Shown: positions 1 to 8,716 of the stretch, one piece after another
Numbering within the stretch: the stretch's first letter is position 1
Layout of the letters: each line of letters begins with the position of its first letter
Assembly (NCBI GenBank): GCA_035623825.1
Contig: DASPSR010000059.1
Coordinates: forward strand, 1-36,740
Origin: Nitrospirota bacterium
GTDB lineage: Bacteria; Nitrospirota; UBA9217
Direction of reading: 5' to 3'
Length of the DNA: 36,740 nt
Translations under genes and position numbers: made by a program
Notes under the pieces: model-generated
Seen by the model: only the letters and a program-made list of their open reading frames with translations
Told to the model about the DNA's origin: nothing
Databases searched by the model: none

Positions 1-338
1 ACATAGGGTGCGAAGATGATTCCGAGGCCCGTCATGACGATGAGGATCATCAGGAGCCGGGCAAATACTGCGTTGGCCAGGTGGCGTGCGCTCTCTCTGG
101 AATCCTTGGTGAGCGTCTCGGTGAAGACCGGGATGAACGCCGCCGACATGGAGCCTTCTGCCAAAAGTTCGCGCAGGAGGTTCGGGATGCGGTATGCCAC
201 ATAGAAGGCGTCCGCAGCCAGACCCGTGCCGAAAGCCCAGGACATGACCATGTCCCGAATGTATCCCATGACGCGGCTTGTCAGCGTCGCGAAGCCAACG
301 ACCCCTGCCGCCTTTGCTACCTTGACATTTTCAGACAT
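1..338 (-). CDS. murJ: Lipid II flippase MurJ (MviN), N-terminal part; runs off the window start
   Basis: Not in the ORF track. Manual translation from ATG at 338 gives MSENVKVAKAAGVVGFATLTSRVMGYIRDMVMSWAFGTGLAADAFYVAYRIPNLLRELLAEGSMSAAFIPVF, the typical MurJ N-terminus. It is divergent from rpsT, a common arrangement. Confidence 0.95.
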   Translation of the reverse strand, partial: MSENVKVAKAAGVVGFATLTSRVMGYIRDMVMSWAFGTGLAADAFYVAYRIPNLLRELLAEGSMSAAFIPVFTETLTKDSRESARHLANAVFARLLMILIVMTGLGIIFAPY

Positions 339-479
339 ACCCCATCACCAAGGAAATCATCAAAAATAAGTGGTACCTATAACAGAAAACAGGCGGGAAG
401 AAAAGGTTTTTTTTCTTGACACCCATCGACCCTTTATGTTACAAGATTAGTCTGTTTTTAACACAAAAGGAGGCACGAG

Positions 480-749
480 GTGGCAACGCACAAGTCAGCA
501 ATCAAAAGGCAGAAGCAGGCAGAGAAAAAGCACGAGATCAACAAATCCAAAAAATCCATGCTCAAAACTCTGGCCAAGAAGGTGGAGCAGGCCGTAGAGG
601 CAAAGAACGCTGCCGCGGCGAAAGAAGCCATGGTGAAGGCCATGAAGGCCTATGACAAGGCTGCGTCGCAGGGCATCCTTCACAAGAGCACTGCTTCCCG
701 CAAGATATCCCGCCTTTCAATCAAGGTAAGCAAGATTTCCGCCGCGTAA
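480..749 (+). CDS. rpsT: 30S ribosomal protein S20
   Basis: MATHKSAIKR...DKAASQGILHKSTASRKISRL is the S20 signature. GTG start with AGGAGG upstream. Confidence 0.97.
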   Translation: MATHKSAIKRQKQAEKKHEINKSKKSMLKTLAKKVEQAVEAKNAAAAKEAMVKAMKAYDKAASQGILHKSTASRKISRLSIKVSKISAA

Positions 750-757
750 TCAATGTA

Positions 758-805
758 TCTCGCAAAGGTCCTTTAGAAGTCAATAAGCTTTGGGTCTTTG
801 CGAGA
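758..805. terminator. Hairpin between convergent rpsT and holA, probable terminator
   Basis: TCTCGCAAAGGTCC pairs with GGGTCTTTGCGAGA (14 bp with two G-U pairs), followed on + by a pyrimidine-rich tract. Confidence 0.55.
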
Positions 806-840
806 GACCTTCTTTCTCCCTCTCCTCTCTCTCACGAAAG

Positions 841-1842
841 CTAAGCAGAACCGCACAACTTCAGGATCATCCGCTCCAGCACAAGCCTGCCCGGGAGGCC
901 GCTCGATTTGAGCGCTTTGTCGGCCGAAAGCATGACGTCGAAATCATCGCGCAGTTCGTCCACGCTGAAACGCCGCATCTGCTCCTGAAATAATTCTGAC
1001 TGATGAAAGATCACGTTCAGTTTCCTCTTTATCTCTTCATACCCGATTCCTGCCGACTGCATGCACTTAGCACGGATGAGACGCCGGAAGTTCCATGCGA
1101 TCGAGCCGAGCAGGGCCACCGGCTGTTCGCCTTCCTGGAGAAGTCGTGAGAGAATCAGAAGCGCCTTTTCCCGGTTCTTTAATCCGAGGGCCGCCGCGAG
1201 GTCAAACGTAGTGTACTCCCTGAAATCCCCCACCACCGCCTTCACGTCGTCGAAAGTGATAGCCCGTCGATCCCTTATGTAGATCTCTATCTTCTCAAGC
1301 TCGCTGCTGATCTTCGCCAGATCGTTGCCGATGGTCTGCCCCAGATACTGCGCTGCATCGCGCGACAGGGACAGGCCCCGTTCCTTCGCCCATGCCTCGA
1401 TCCAAGACACAATCTCGCGATCCAAAAGCGGGAAGAACCGGGTCACGGCGCCACGGGCCTCTACCGCCGCAACCACCGATTTTTTATCATACTTTCCCTG
1501 GTTCGAGACCATCACGAGGCATGTGCTCGGTGAAGGTTCGTTGAGATAGGCAATAAGCTCCTCGAGGTCGGCAGCCTTGAGTGCGTCAAAGTCCTTGGCA
1601 ATCACAAGCCGCTTCTCGGTCATGAACGGGAGGGTCAGGGCAAGATTCACGATATCCGAGGCCTGAGTGTCGCGGCAATAGAGGGTGTTGAAGTTGAAAT
1701 CCCGCGAGCCGGGCTCCACGACCTTTTTGATAATAAGATCGAGCGCCTCCGAAATGAGAAACTCCTCTTCGCCGTAAAACAAATAGAGGGGAAGGATGTC
1801 CCCATGTCTCAGGCTGGCTATGAGGTCATGATATTTGAGCAT
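841..1842 (-). CDS. holA: DNA polymerase III subunit delta
   Basis: LYLFYGEEEFL, FNFNTLY, TLPFMTEKRLVI and ELEKI motifs; leuS-lptE-holA synteny. Confidence 0.95.
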   Translation of the reverse strand: MLKYHDLIASLRHGDILPLYLFYGEEEFLISEALDLIIKKVVEPGSRDFNFNTLYCRDTQASDIVNLALTLPFMTEKRLVIAKDFDALKAADLEELIAYLNEPSPSTCLVMVSNQGKYDKKSVVAAVEARGAVTRFFPLLDREIVSWIEAWAKERGLSLSRDAAQYLGQTIGNDLAKISSELEKIEIYIRDRRAITFDDVKAVVGDFREYTTFDLAAALGLKNREKALLILSRLLQEGEQPVALLGSIAWNFRRLIRAKCMQSAGIGYEEIKRKLNVIFHQSELFQEQMRRFSVDELRDDFDVMLSADKALKSSGLPGRLVLERMILKLCGSA

Positions 1843-1961
1843 ATGATTAAAAGTTCAGATGGTAAAAACTAAGTGTCAAATCAGTTTCCACCGACGAGGC
1901 ATGCAATCGACGTTGTCTGATTTAGCCTGGGAATTTCATTCGAGCATGTCCAGACTCCCCA

Positions 1962-2513
1962 TCAAAATGCTTCCAGTACCTTGCTCCGCAGCGTCTGGGC
2001 AATGTCCTGGCTCGATTTTTTGATGGCCGCATCCTTCGAGATCTTTGTTGCCGTGATCTCGACTTGCCCCGCGGAGTTGTATGAAACGGGATATTCCGAG
2101 ATGAGGCTGGATTCGATATGCTTCTCCTGCCACAGGATCTTTTTTGACCTGAGGTCTTCCAGGGCCGCGTCTACCACCATATGGACAAGGTACTGCTGAA
2201 CATAGGACTGGGCATTGTAGGCCACGGGAATCGCTTCGTATTTGACGATTTTCCCCCGGAGTGCGAGGTCGGCGTCTTCGAGGCTCACGACCTTTAACCT
2301 GCCGTCGGTAAGGAATTCCTCCACAACGGCCTGCGTCACATCCACGTCCACATAGGGTTCGTTCGTCGCGTTGAAGAATACAGGGATAGAGATTGTCTTC
2401 GTCCCCTCGGGCACGATGCCGCCGGTCCCGGAAAAATGGTAACCGCAACCCGGCGCTATCGCAATCAGAGCCAGAGAGATGACTGCAATGATGTTTTTGA
2501 CTTTCTTTTGCAT
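1962..2513 (-). CDS. lptE: LptE-family (LPS assembly) lipoprotein
   Basis: Signal peptide with lipobox IAPG-C followed by GYHFSG, then IxIPVFFNAT; lies between leuS and holA. Confidence 0.85.
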   Translation of the reverse strand: MQKKVKNIIAVISLALIAIAPGCGYHFSGTGGIVPEGTKTISIPVFFNATNEPYVDVDVTQAVVEEFLTDGRLKVVSLEDADLALRGKIVKYEAIPVAYNAQSYVQQYLVHMVVDAALEDLRSKKILWQEKHIESSLISEYPVSYNSAGQVEITATKISKDAAIKKSSQDIAQTLRSKVLEAF

Positions 2514-2532
2514 AACGTTCTCTGACCGATTC

Positions 2533-2641
2533 CAAATCGCACTTCAAAATCCCAGATAGCGATCAATTATCAAATTTTGAAATTCAAACCCTTACAGATC
2601 CAAGTGCGTGGTTTTGGACAGTATCTGGAATTTGCGATTTG
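2533..2641. repeat. Imperfect inverted repeat spanning the leuS-lptE spacer
   Basis: CAAATCGCA (2533-2541) pairs with TGCGATTTG (2633-2641), and CCAGATA (2552-2558) with TATCTGG (2622-2628). Confidence 0.45.
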
Positions 2642-2652
2642 AATCTTTTCCT

Positions 2653-5124
2653 TTACAGCACCACGTTCACTAGCTTCCCCTGGACAACGATCACCTTCTT
2701 CGGCGGTTTGTTGTCCGTGAATTCCTTAACCTTGGCATCCGCGAGAGCAGCTGCCTCGATATCCTTATCAGAGGTGCCGGCGGGCAGCGTGAGCTTGCTC
2801 CGAACCTTGCCGTTCACCTGCACCACGACGGTGATCTCAAGCGCTATGACAGCCTCAGGATCGTACTGAGGCCACGGGGCGTTCGCGATCCCGTTCCTGT
2901 TACCGAGCGACTCCCAGAGCTCTTCAGCGAAGTGCGGCGCAAAGGGCGCAATGAGCAGAGTAAGCGCATCGATTGCCGACCGCAGCACGGGGAGTTGCCC
3001 GTCGTTTAGACCACCTGACGCATAATCGTACATCTCGTTCACCATTTCCATCAGCGCCGCGACAGCCGTGTTGAAATGGAACTCCCTCTCTATATCCTCG
3101 GTTACTTTCTTGATGGTGATATGGGTCTTCCGGTACAGCGGATCTCCTTTCGCTTCTCTTCCTGCCGGTTTTACCTTCATGATCGCCTGATGATGTTTAT
3201 ATATCAGTGTCCAGATGCGATGCAGGAAGCGATAGGTACCCTCTACGCCCTGGTCACTCCACTCTAGATCGCGCTCCGGCGGAGCAGCGAACATGGAAAA
3301 GAGTCTTGCTGTATCGGCGCCATATTTTGAAATGATCATGTCGGGTGGCACAACGTTCCCCTTGGACTTGCTCATTTTAGCCCCGTCCTTGACCACCATC
3401 CCCTGGGTCAGAAGCCGCTGGAAAGGTTCATCGCCATCGTAGAGCCCCAAATCGCGAATCACCTTTGTGAAAAACCGGGCATAGAGCAGGTGCAGCACGG
3501 CGTGCTCAATGCCGCCAATGTACTGGTCCACGTTCATCCAATACGAGGCCTCTTTTGTGTCGAACGGCGCTGTGCCCTCCTTTGGCGAGCAGTATCGTAG
3601 GAAATACCACGACGAGTCCACGAAGGTATCCATGGTGTCCGTTTCCCGCCGCGCACTGCCGCCGCACTGCGGGCACGTCGTTTCTTTAAAGGACTTGGAC
3701 TCGGCCAGCGGTGAGAGGCCCTTGCCGGTGAACTCAACATCCATCGGCAACCGCACCGGCAGGTCTTTTTCAGGAACCGGGATGGTCCCGCATTTTTCGC
3801 AATAGATGATCGGAATCGGCGTGCCCCAATAACGCTGGCGTGATACCCCCCAATCCCGCAGCCGCCAGTTCACGGCCCGTTTGCCGATCTTGCCCTGCTC
3901 GATATGGTCGGCTATCTTTTCCTTGGCAGCGGTATTTGAGATGCCGTTGAACTGGCCGGAGTTCGTCATGATGCCGTCCTCCACGTAGGCCTGTTTCATC
4001 GTCTCAGGAACAAGCGTCTTTTCAAGATTCTGGATCACGACAACGATCGGCAGTGCGTACTTCTTTGCGAATTCGAAGTCGCGCTGGTCATGGGCCGGTA
4101 CTGACATGATCGCCCCGGTCCCGTACTCCATAAGCACGAAGTTCCCGACCCAGATCGGCACTTTACCGCCGTTCAGTGGATTGATCGCATAGGCACCGGT
4201 AAAGATACCCTCCTTTTCATGCTTCTCATCGGTGCGCGCGGCCTTATCCTCGCGCATTGCGCGCTGGACAAAGGAACGGACCTCGTCAGCCTGTTTCGTG
4301 TCCGTAATGAGTGACTCAAGCATGGGATGCTCAGGCGCAATGCTCATGAAAGTGACACCGAAGAGCGTGTCCTGCCGTGTAGTGAAGATGGTGAGTTTCT
4401 CGCCGCTTCCCTCGACCCGGAAGTCCACCTCCACACCGATAGATTTCCCGATCCAGTTCCGCTGCATTGTGAGCACACGCTCGGGCCATTCCGTAAGACT
4501 GTCGCAACTCGAAAGCAGCTCTTCGGCATAGGCTGTGATCTTAAAGAACCACTGATCGAGCTCTTTGTGAGTCACGACCGAACTGCAGCGCCAGCAAAGG
4601 CCGTTCTCCACTTGCTCGTTGGCAAGGACCGTGCTGCAGGAAGGGCACCAGTTCACGTACGAGAGTTTCTTGTACGCCAGACCGCGCTCGTACATCTTGA
4701 CGAAGAACCACTGGTTCCAACGGTAGTAGTCTTCAAAGCACGTGGTAACCTCTCTGTCCCAGTCATAAGAAAGGCCCATGCGCTTAAGCTGGCTGTCCCG
4801 CATGTAAGCGATGTTCTCGATCGTCCATTTTGAAGGATGGATTCCATGCTTAATGGCTGCATTCTCAGCCGGCAAGCCGAAGGCGTCCCACCCCATTGGA
4901 TGAAGAACGTTGAAGCCGCGCATTCGCTTGTATCGTGCGATCACATCGCCAATCACGTACACGCGCGTGTGTCCAACGTGAATCCTGCCGGACGGGTAGG
5001 GAAACATCTCAAGGCAATAGTACTTCGGCTTCGAGGCATCCTCGAACACCTTAAAGGTCTTCTGCTCCTCCCAAAGGCGCTGCCACCGCTCTTCAAATTT
5101 CTTGAAATCGTACCGTTCTTCCAA
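2653..5124 (-). CDS. leuS: Leucine--tRNA ligase
   Basis: MFPYPSG-HVGH (HIGH), KMSKSKGN and [15 protein letters not shown]. Start reassigned to TTG at 5124, which has AGGAGG 5 nt upstream, instead of 5286. Confidence 0.98.
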   Translation of the reverse strand: MEERYDFKKFEERWQRLWEEQKTFKVFEDASKPKYYCLEMFPYPSGRIHVGHTRVYVIGDVIARYKRMRGFNVLHPMGWDAFGLPAENAAIKHGIHPSKWTIENIAYMRDSQLKRMGLSYDWDREVTTCFEDYYRWNQWFFVKMYERGLAYKKLSYVNWCPSCSTVLANEQVENGLCWRCSSVVTHKELDQWFFKITAYAEELLSSCDSLTEWPERVLTMQRNWIGKSIGVEVDFRVEGSGEKLTIFTTRQDTLFGVTFMSIAPEHPMLESLITDTKQADEVRSFVQRAMREDKAARTDEKHEKEGIFTGAYAINPLNGGKVPIWVGNFVLMEYGTGAIMSVPAHDQRDFEFAKKYALPIVVVIQNLEKTLVPETMKQAYVEDGIMTNSGQFNGISNTAAKEKIADHIEQGKIGKRAVNWRLRDWGVSRQRYWGTPIPIIYCEKCGTIPVPEKDLPVRLPMDVEFTGKGLSPLAESKSFKETTCPQCGGSARRETDTMDTFVDSSWYFLRYCSPKEGTAPFDTKEASYWMNVDQYIGGIEHAVLHLLYARFFTKVIRDLGLYDGDEPFQRLLTQGMVVKDGAKMSKSKGNVVPPDMIISKYGADTARLFSMFAAPPERDLEWSDQGVEGTYRFLHRIWTLIYKHHQAIMKVKPAGREAKGDPLYRKTHITIKKVTEDIEREFHFNTAVAALMEMVNEMYDYASGGLNDGQLPVLRSAIDALTLLIAPFAPHFAEELWESLGNRNGIANAPWPQYDPEAVIALEITVVVQVNGKVRSKLTLPAGTSDKDIEAAALADAKVKEFTDNKPPKKVIVVQGKLVNVVL

Positions 5125-5371
5125 CAAATCCTCCTGCGCACGCAACCAGAACAGCGCTTTTTCGCTCGGCGCCCTCCTCGAATGGAATGAAAATAAAAAA
5201 TAACACAAATGGCATGGCTTCGCAAGGTTTTTTCTTGAATTGTCGTGTGTAAAAATGATATAAGAACAAAATGAAGTAATGATCATGGAATCCTAACCCC
5301 TGGACGGGAACCGTCAAAATCGGGGATGTTTCGGATTTAGACATTTAAATTCAGGGATTGTCGTAAACCCC

Positions 5372-6757
5372 ATGCCCAAGCCAATTGTCGCCATAGTCGG
5401 CCGGCCGAACGTCGGCAAGTCCACCCTATTTAACCGGATCATCGGCAGGAAGCTCGCTATTGTCGAGGACGTCCCGGGTGTTACTCGTGACCGGAACTAC
5501 GCAGAAGCGGAATGGGAAGGCAATCGCTTTCTGCTCGTGGACACCGGCGGGTTCGAGCCCGAGTCTGATGATCCCATGTACACCAAAATGAGAGATCAGA
5601 CCACGCTCGCCATAGAAGAGGCTGACTATATCATCTTCCTCATGGACGGCCAGCAGGGGCTGCTGCCGTCTGACATCGAGGTGTCTCACCGTCTCCGGGC
5701 CTCGGGCAAACCAGTGATCTATGCCATCAATAAAGTTGACGGAGCACGGCATGAAGCGCTCCTCCCGGACTTCTACCGCCTGGGCATCGATACTCTTTTC
5801 CCCCTGTCTGCACGCCATGGCCCGGGGTTTTCCGAACTCATGGATGGACTCTGCGGCATGCTGCCGGAGACCGGTGAACTGGTCCGGGATGATGAGACGG
5901 CCGCTATACCTCGGATCGCGATTATCGGAAGGCCTAACGTGGGGAAGTCGTCCTTCGTGAATGCGCTCATCGGCGAGGATAGGATGATCGTGAGCCCTGT
6001 CGCAGGCACGACGAGGGACGCCGTCGACAGCGTCTACCAGTACTACGGCAGAAAGTATGTTCTCGTGGACACCGCGGGCATCCGAAGCCGAGGCAGGATC
6101 AGCCAGGGAGTCGAACAATACAGCGTGATGCGCGCCATGAAGAGCATATCACACGCGGATATCGCCCTCGTGCTGATTGACGCATCGGAGGGCATTACGG
6201 AGCAGGATGAAAGGATCGTAGGCCTCGCACATGAGGCAGGTAAGGGCATCATCATCGCGCTCAACAAATGGGACCTGGTCCCTGACAAAGAACAAGCGTT
6301 CAAGCGGATCATGGAGGACGTTCAACAGAGACTCAAGTTCGCCGATTATGCTCCCGTCCTCACCATCTCAGCTGTCAGCCGCCAGCGGGTCACCAAGGTC
6401 TTTGAAGAGATCGATAGGGTGATCACGGAACGAGAGAAACGCGTTCCCACAGCTGATCTGAACAGGGTTTTCGAGAGGCTGGCCGCTGGTCACGAACCTC
6501 CACTCTACCGGGGAAAACGGGTGAAATACTACTATATCACCCAAGTGGGCATCAAACCTCCAACGTTCGTCGTATTCGTCAACTACCCCGAGGGAGTCCA
6601 CTTCTCGTACATCCGCTATATCGAGAACAACCTGCGGGAGTCATTCGGGTTCCGCGGCACACCCATTCGGATCTTCGCTAAGAGGCGCAGACCGGGAAAT
6701 TCGCCCTCAATAAAAAGACGGCCGAGGTCGAGAACCGCGGCTCACCGATACAGCTAA
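5372..6757 (+). CDS. der: Ribosome biogenesis GTPase Der (EngA)
   Basis: Two GTPase domains (GRPNVGKS twice, DTGG/DTAG, NKVD/NKWD) and a C-terminal KH-like region ending FGFRGTPIRI. Confidence 0.98.
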   Translation: MPKPIVAIVGRPNVGKSTLFNRIIGRKLAIVEDVPGVTRDRNYAEAEWEGNRFLLVDTGGFEPESDDPMYTKMRDQTTLAIEEADYIIFLMDGQQGLLPSDIEVSHRLRASGKPVIYAINKVDGARHEALLPDFYRLGIDTLFPLSARHGPGFSELMDGLCGMLPETGELVRDDETAAIPRIAIIGRPNVGKSSFVNALIGEDRMIVSPVAGTTRDAVDSVYQYYGRKYVLVDTAGIRSRGRISQGVEQYSVMRAMKSISHADIALVLIDASEGITEQDERIVGLAHEAGKGIIIALNKWDLVPDKEQAFKRIMEDVQQRLKFADYAPVLTISAVSRQRVTKVFEEIDRVITEREKRVPTADLNRVFERLAAGHEPPLYRGKRVKYYYITQVGIKPPTFVVFVNYPEGVHFSYIRYIENNLRESFGFRGTPIRIFAKRRRPGNSPSIKRRPRSRTAAHRYS

Positions 6758-6775
6758 AAAAACAGAAGAAATAGA

Positions 6776-6804
6776 TTGACTTATACCTCGACACGGGTTA
6801 TGAT
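6776..6804 (+). promoter_or_regulatory. sigma70-type promoter upstream of the csp-RRM-rpsU cluster
   Basis: TTGACT, 17-nt spacer, TATGAT. Confidence 0.65.
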
Positions 6805-6848
6805 TGTTATGGTAAATAGGAGATTGTGTGAGTTTTTGTTAACTGTCT

Positions 6849-6889
6849 GGCTGCAAAAACTACATTGTAGGTTTGCAGTCTTTTTTTTT
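6849..6889 (+). terminator. Intrinsic terminator-like hairpin with T9 tail
   Basis: GGCTGCAAA pairs with TTTGCAGTC, with an inner CTAC/GTAG helix, followed by nine Ts. Confidence 0.75.
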
Positions 6890-6930
6890 GTGCATCGGTC
6901 GTTTTTCACCTCACGGAGTTCGAGCGACAG

Positions 6931-7125
6931 ACGTCAAACGGCTCGGGAGGGTGGTAAACGATGCAAAATGACTCGGCTTCATCACGGACGATGATGAGAT
7001 AGATGTTTTTGTTCACTGCTCCGCAATCCGGGAGATGGTTTCAGTTGCCTTGTGGACGGGACGCGGTAAGGTTTGAAATGGCAAAAGACCCGGAAGGCCT
7101 TCAAGCGGTCAATGTCGTGAGGCTC
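6931..7125 (+). pseudogene. Decayed cold-shock protein (CspA family) gene
   Basis: Reconstruction across frames: (ACG)SNGSGGW / NDAK*LGFITDDDEIDVFVHCSAIR / DGFSCLVD / DAVRFEMAKDPEGLQAVNVVRL. RNP1 (GFI) and RNP2 (VFVH) are recognisable. Lesions: ATG lost, TGA at 6969-6971 and three single-base frameshifts. Confidence 0.85.
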
Positions 7126-7220
7126 TCCAAACTTATCAACCTCCATCGGGAAAACAGTTCATACATAATTAAAACAACAGTACATGAAACGGGCATTCAA
7201 CATTACACAGGAGGTGGAGT

Positions 7221-7550
7221 ATGGCAAAGAAGTTATATGTGGGTAATCTGTCGTATAAAATGACTGAAGAGGGACTGAAGGAGATATTTGTTCCCATCGG
7301 GGAGGTCCTCTCCGCAAAAATCATAACGGATCCGTCAACAGGTCGGTCCAAGGGATTCGGCTTTGTGGAAATGGCAAATGATGAAGACGGCGAAAAGGCG
7401 ATTTCCAGCCTGAACGGCACGACCGTCCAGGAAAGAACAATTACAGTGAGCGAAGCTCGACCACAGAAAGAGCGGGGCAGGTCTGGGGGTGGCAGGGGCG
7501 GCCAGCGGGGATTCGACCGGGGTGGAAGGAATCAGAATAATTGGAGATAA
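7221..7550 (+). CDS. RRM-domain RNA-binding protein with Gly/Arg-rich tail
   Basis: RNP2 LYVGNL, RNP1 KGFGFVEM, VSEARP and an RGG-rich C-terminus; AGGAGG RBS. Confidence 0.95.
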   Translation: MAKKLYVGNLSYKMTEEGLKEIFVPIGEVLSAKIITDPSTGRSKGFGFVEMANDEDGEKAISSLNGTTVQERTITVSEARPQKERGRSGGGRGGQRGFDRGGRNQNNWR

Positions 7551-7728
7551 GGGTATACGAGAGGGACATTGAAAAAGCATACGCCTTCTCAAACGGAATA
7601 TGCAGCATGATGGCCTTTTCCGGGAATTAAAAAACAGACGTTTTTACGAGAAGCCCTCTCTGAAAAAGAAGCGGAAGCGGCGGGAATCTCAGAAAAGAAC
7701 TATGAAGAATCTCAGGGTAGGCAGGTAG
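7541..7728 (+). pseudogene. rpsU: 30S ribosomal protein S21 with a single-base frameshift (pseudogene or sequence error)
   Basis: TTG at 7541 gives MEIRVYERDIEK; the -1 frame continues IRLLKRNMQHDGLFRELKNRRFYEKPSLKKKRKRRESQKR to TAG at 7726-7728. RRFYEKPS is the S21 signature. The span is 188 nt, one base short of an intact 62-aa gene. Confidence 0.85.
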
Positions 7729-7930
7729 CTTAGATTATAACCACCGCAGAATGATGTTTTTGGATTAGAGTGTGATCCCGACCACGGGCAACTCGAATCC
7801 TCTCGCAATCTTCCATAGCTATAACCACACCATTGGCAGGGCAGGCCGCGTTCCTCGTTCAATTGTCCATGTAACTGCACGAAGAGAATATCAGGCCCTG
7901 CTGTAAGCTCAACCTGTCACGGAGTATATC

Positions 7931-8716
7931 TTATTTTTCCTCCTTCTTTATCTTTTTCCGCTCCTTTTCCATCTTTACATCGACCAGGGTCAGGTCACGG
8001 AGGTTTTTCTCGAGCTTTTGCTTTGCAAGCGTCAATGCTTCTCTATCCTTGCTGAGCGCATCAATTTTTTTTGTCAGCCCCTCCTGCTCTCTGATGAACG
8101 CCGCCTTCTCTTTGAGCAGGCTGTCCTTATCGTTCAGGAGGTCATCCACTTTTTTCAAAAGCTTGAGCCGCTCTATCATGAGACTATCCCGCTCTTTACT
8201 CACCTCTTCTCGTTCCGCCTGTGTTTCCTGAAGCGCCATCGTAAGATCTTCCACTCTCTTGGTGAGGTCATCTACCCTGCGCAGGAGCTCGTTCGTCTTG
8301 GACCGGTCGAATTGACTCAGAATCTCGAACCATGAACCTGCCTCCCCGGCAAGAGAACTCTTCGGATAACGGATCAGAAACTCCTCGAATTCCCGCGCGG
8401 CAAGGGTGTAATTTTTATCAGGATTGCGGTGGTCGACAAGGACGTACGCTGCTTCGAATTTTGACCGTTCTGCCCAACGGGGGTCCCTGCCACTTTCAGC
8501 AAGGGATCGGTACTCATTGTAGGCCTCTTTGAATTTCCCCTGCTCAGAGGCGGCTTTTGCCCGCTGATATTTCTTTGCGTCCTCCCCGCCCGAGAGGTTC
8601 TGCATGAACGGGGCGCATCCAGCCAGGACGACGACCAGGAGCAGTGTGAGGCTTTTGAGAACAAGTATCTCTTTTTGCCTTTTGAGCGCTTGAGTGAGTG
8701 TGAAATGTCCGTTCAC
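7931..8716 (-). CDS. Lipoprotein with TPR/BamD-like helical repeats and long C-terminal coiled coil
   Basis: Lipobox VVLAG-C, then AAREFEEFLIRYPKSSLAGEA (YfiO/TPR-like), then heptad-rich K/E/L sequence. Start overlaps the upstream stop (GTGA). Confidence 0.75.
   Translation of the reverse strand: MNGHFTLTQALKRQKEILVLKSLTLLLVVVLAGCAPFMQNLSGGEDAKKYQRAKAASEQGKFKEAYNEYRSLAESGRDPRWAERSKFEAAYVLVDHRNPDKNYTLAAREFEEFLIRYPKSSLAGEAGSWFEILSQFDRSKTNELLRRVDDLTKRVEDLTMALQETQAEREEVSKERDSLMIERLKLLKKVDDLLNDKDSLLKEKAAFIREQEGLTKKIDALSKDREALTLAKQKLEKNLRDLTLVDVKMEKERKKIKKEEK

Noticed and set aside
5125-5286. 54-aa N-terminal extension of LeuS in the ORF track
   Set aside because: LeuS-like sequence begins at LEERYDF, with a strong RBS before TTG 5124. 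The extension covers AT-rich promoter DNA.
7003-7263. 86-aa ORF upstream of the RRM gene
   Set aside because: It only borrows the last frame of the csp pseudogene and then reads through non-coding DNA.
7689-7880. 63-aa minus-strand ORF with CQWCG...CPWSG, resembling a zinc ribbon
   Set aside because: The fourth Cys is absent, there is no clear RBS and it overlaps the rpsU remnant. It could be a remnant but cannot be supported.
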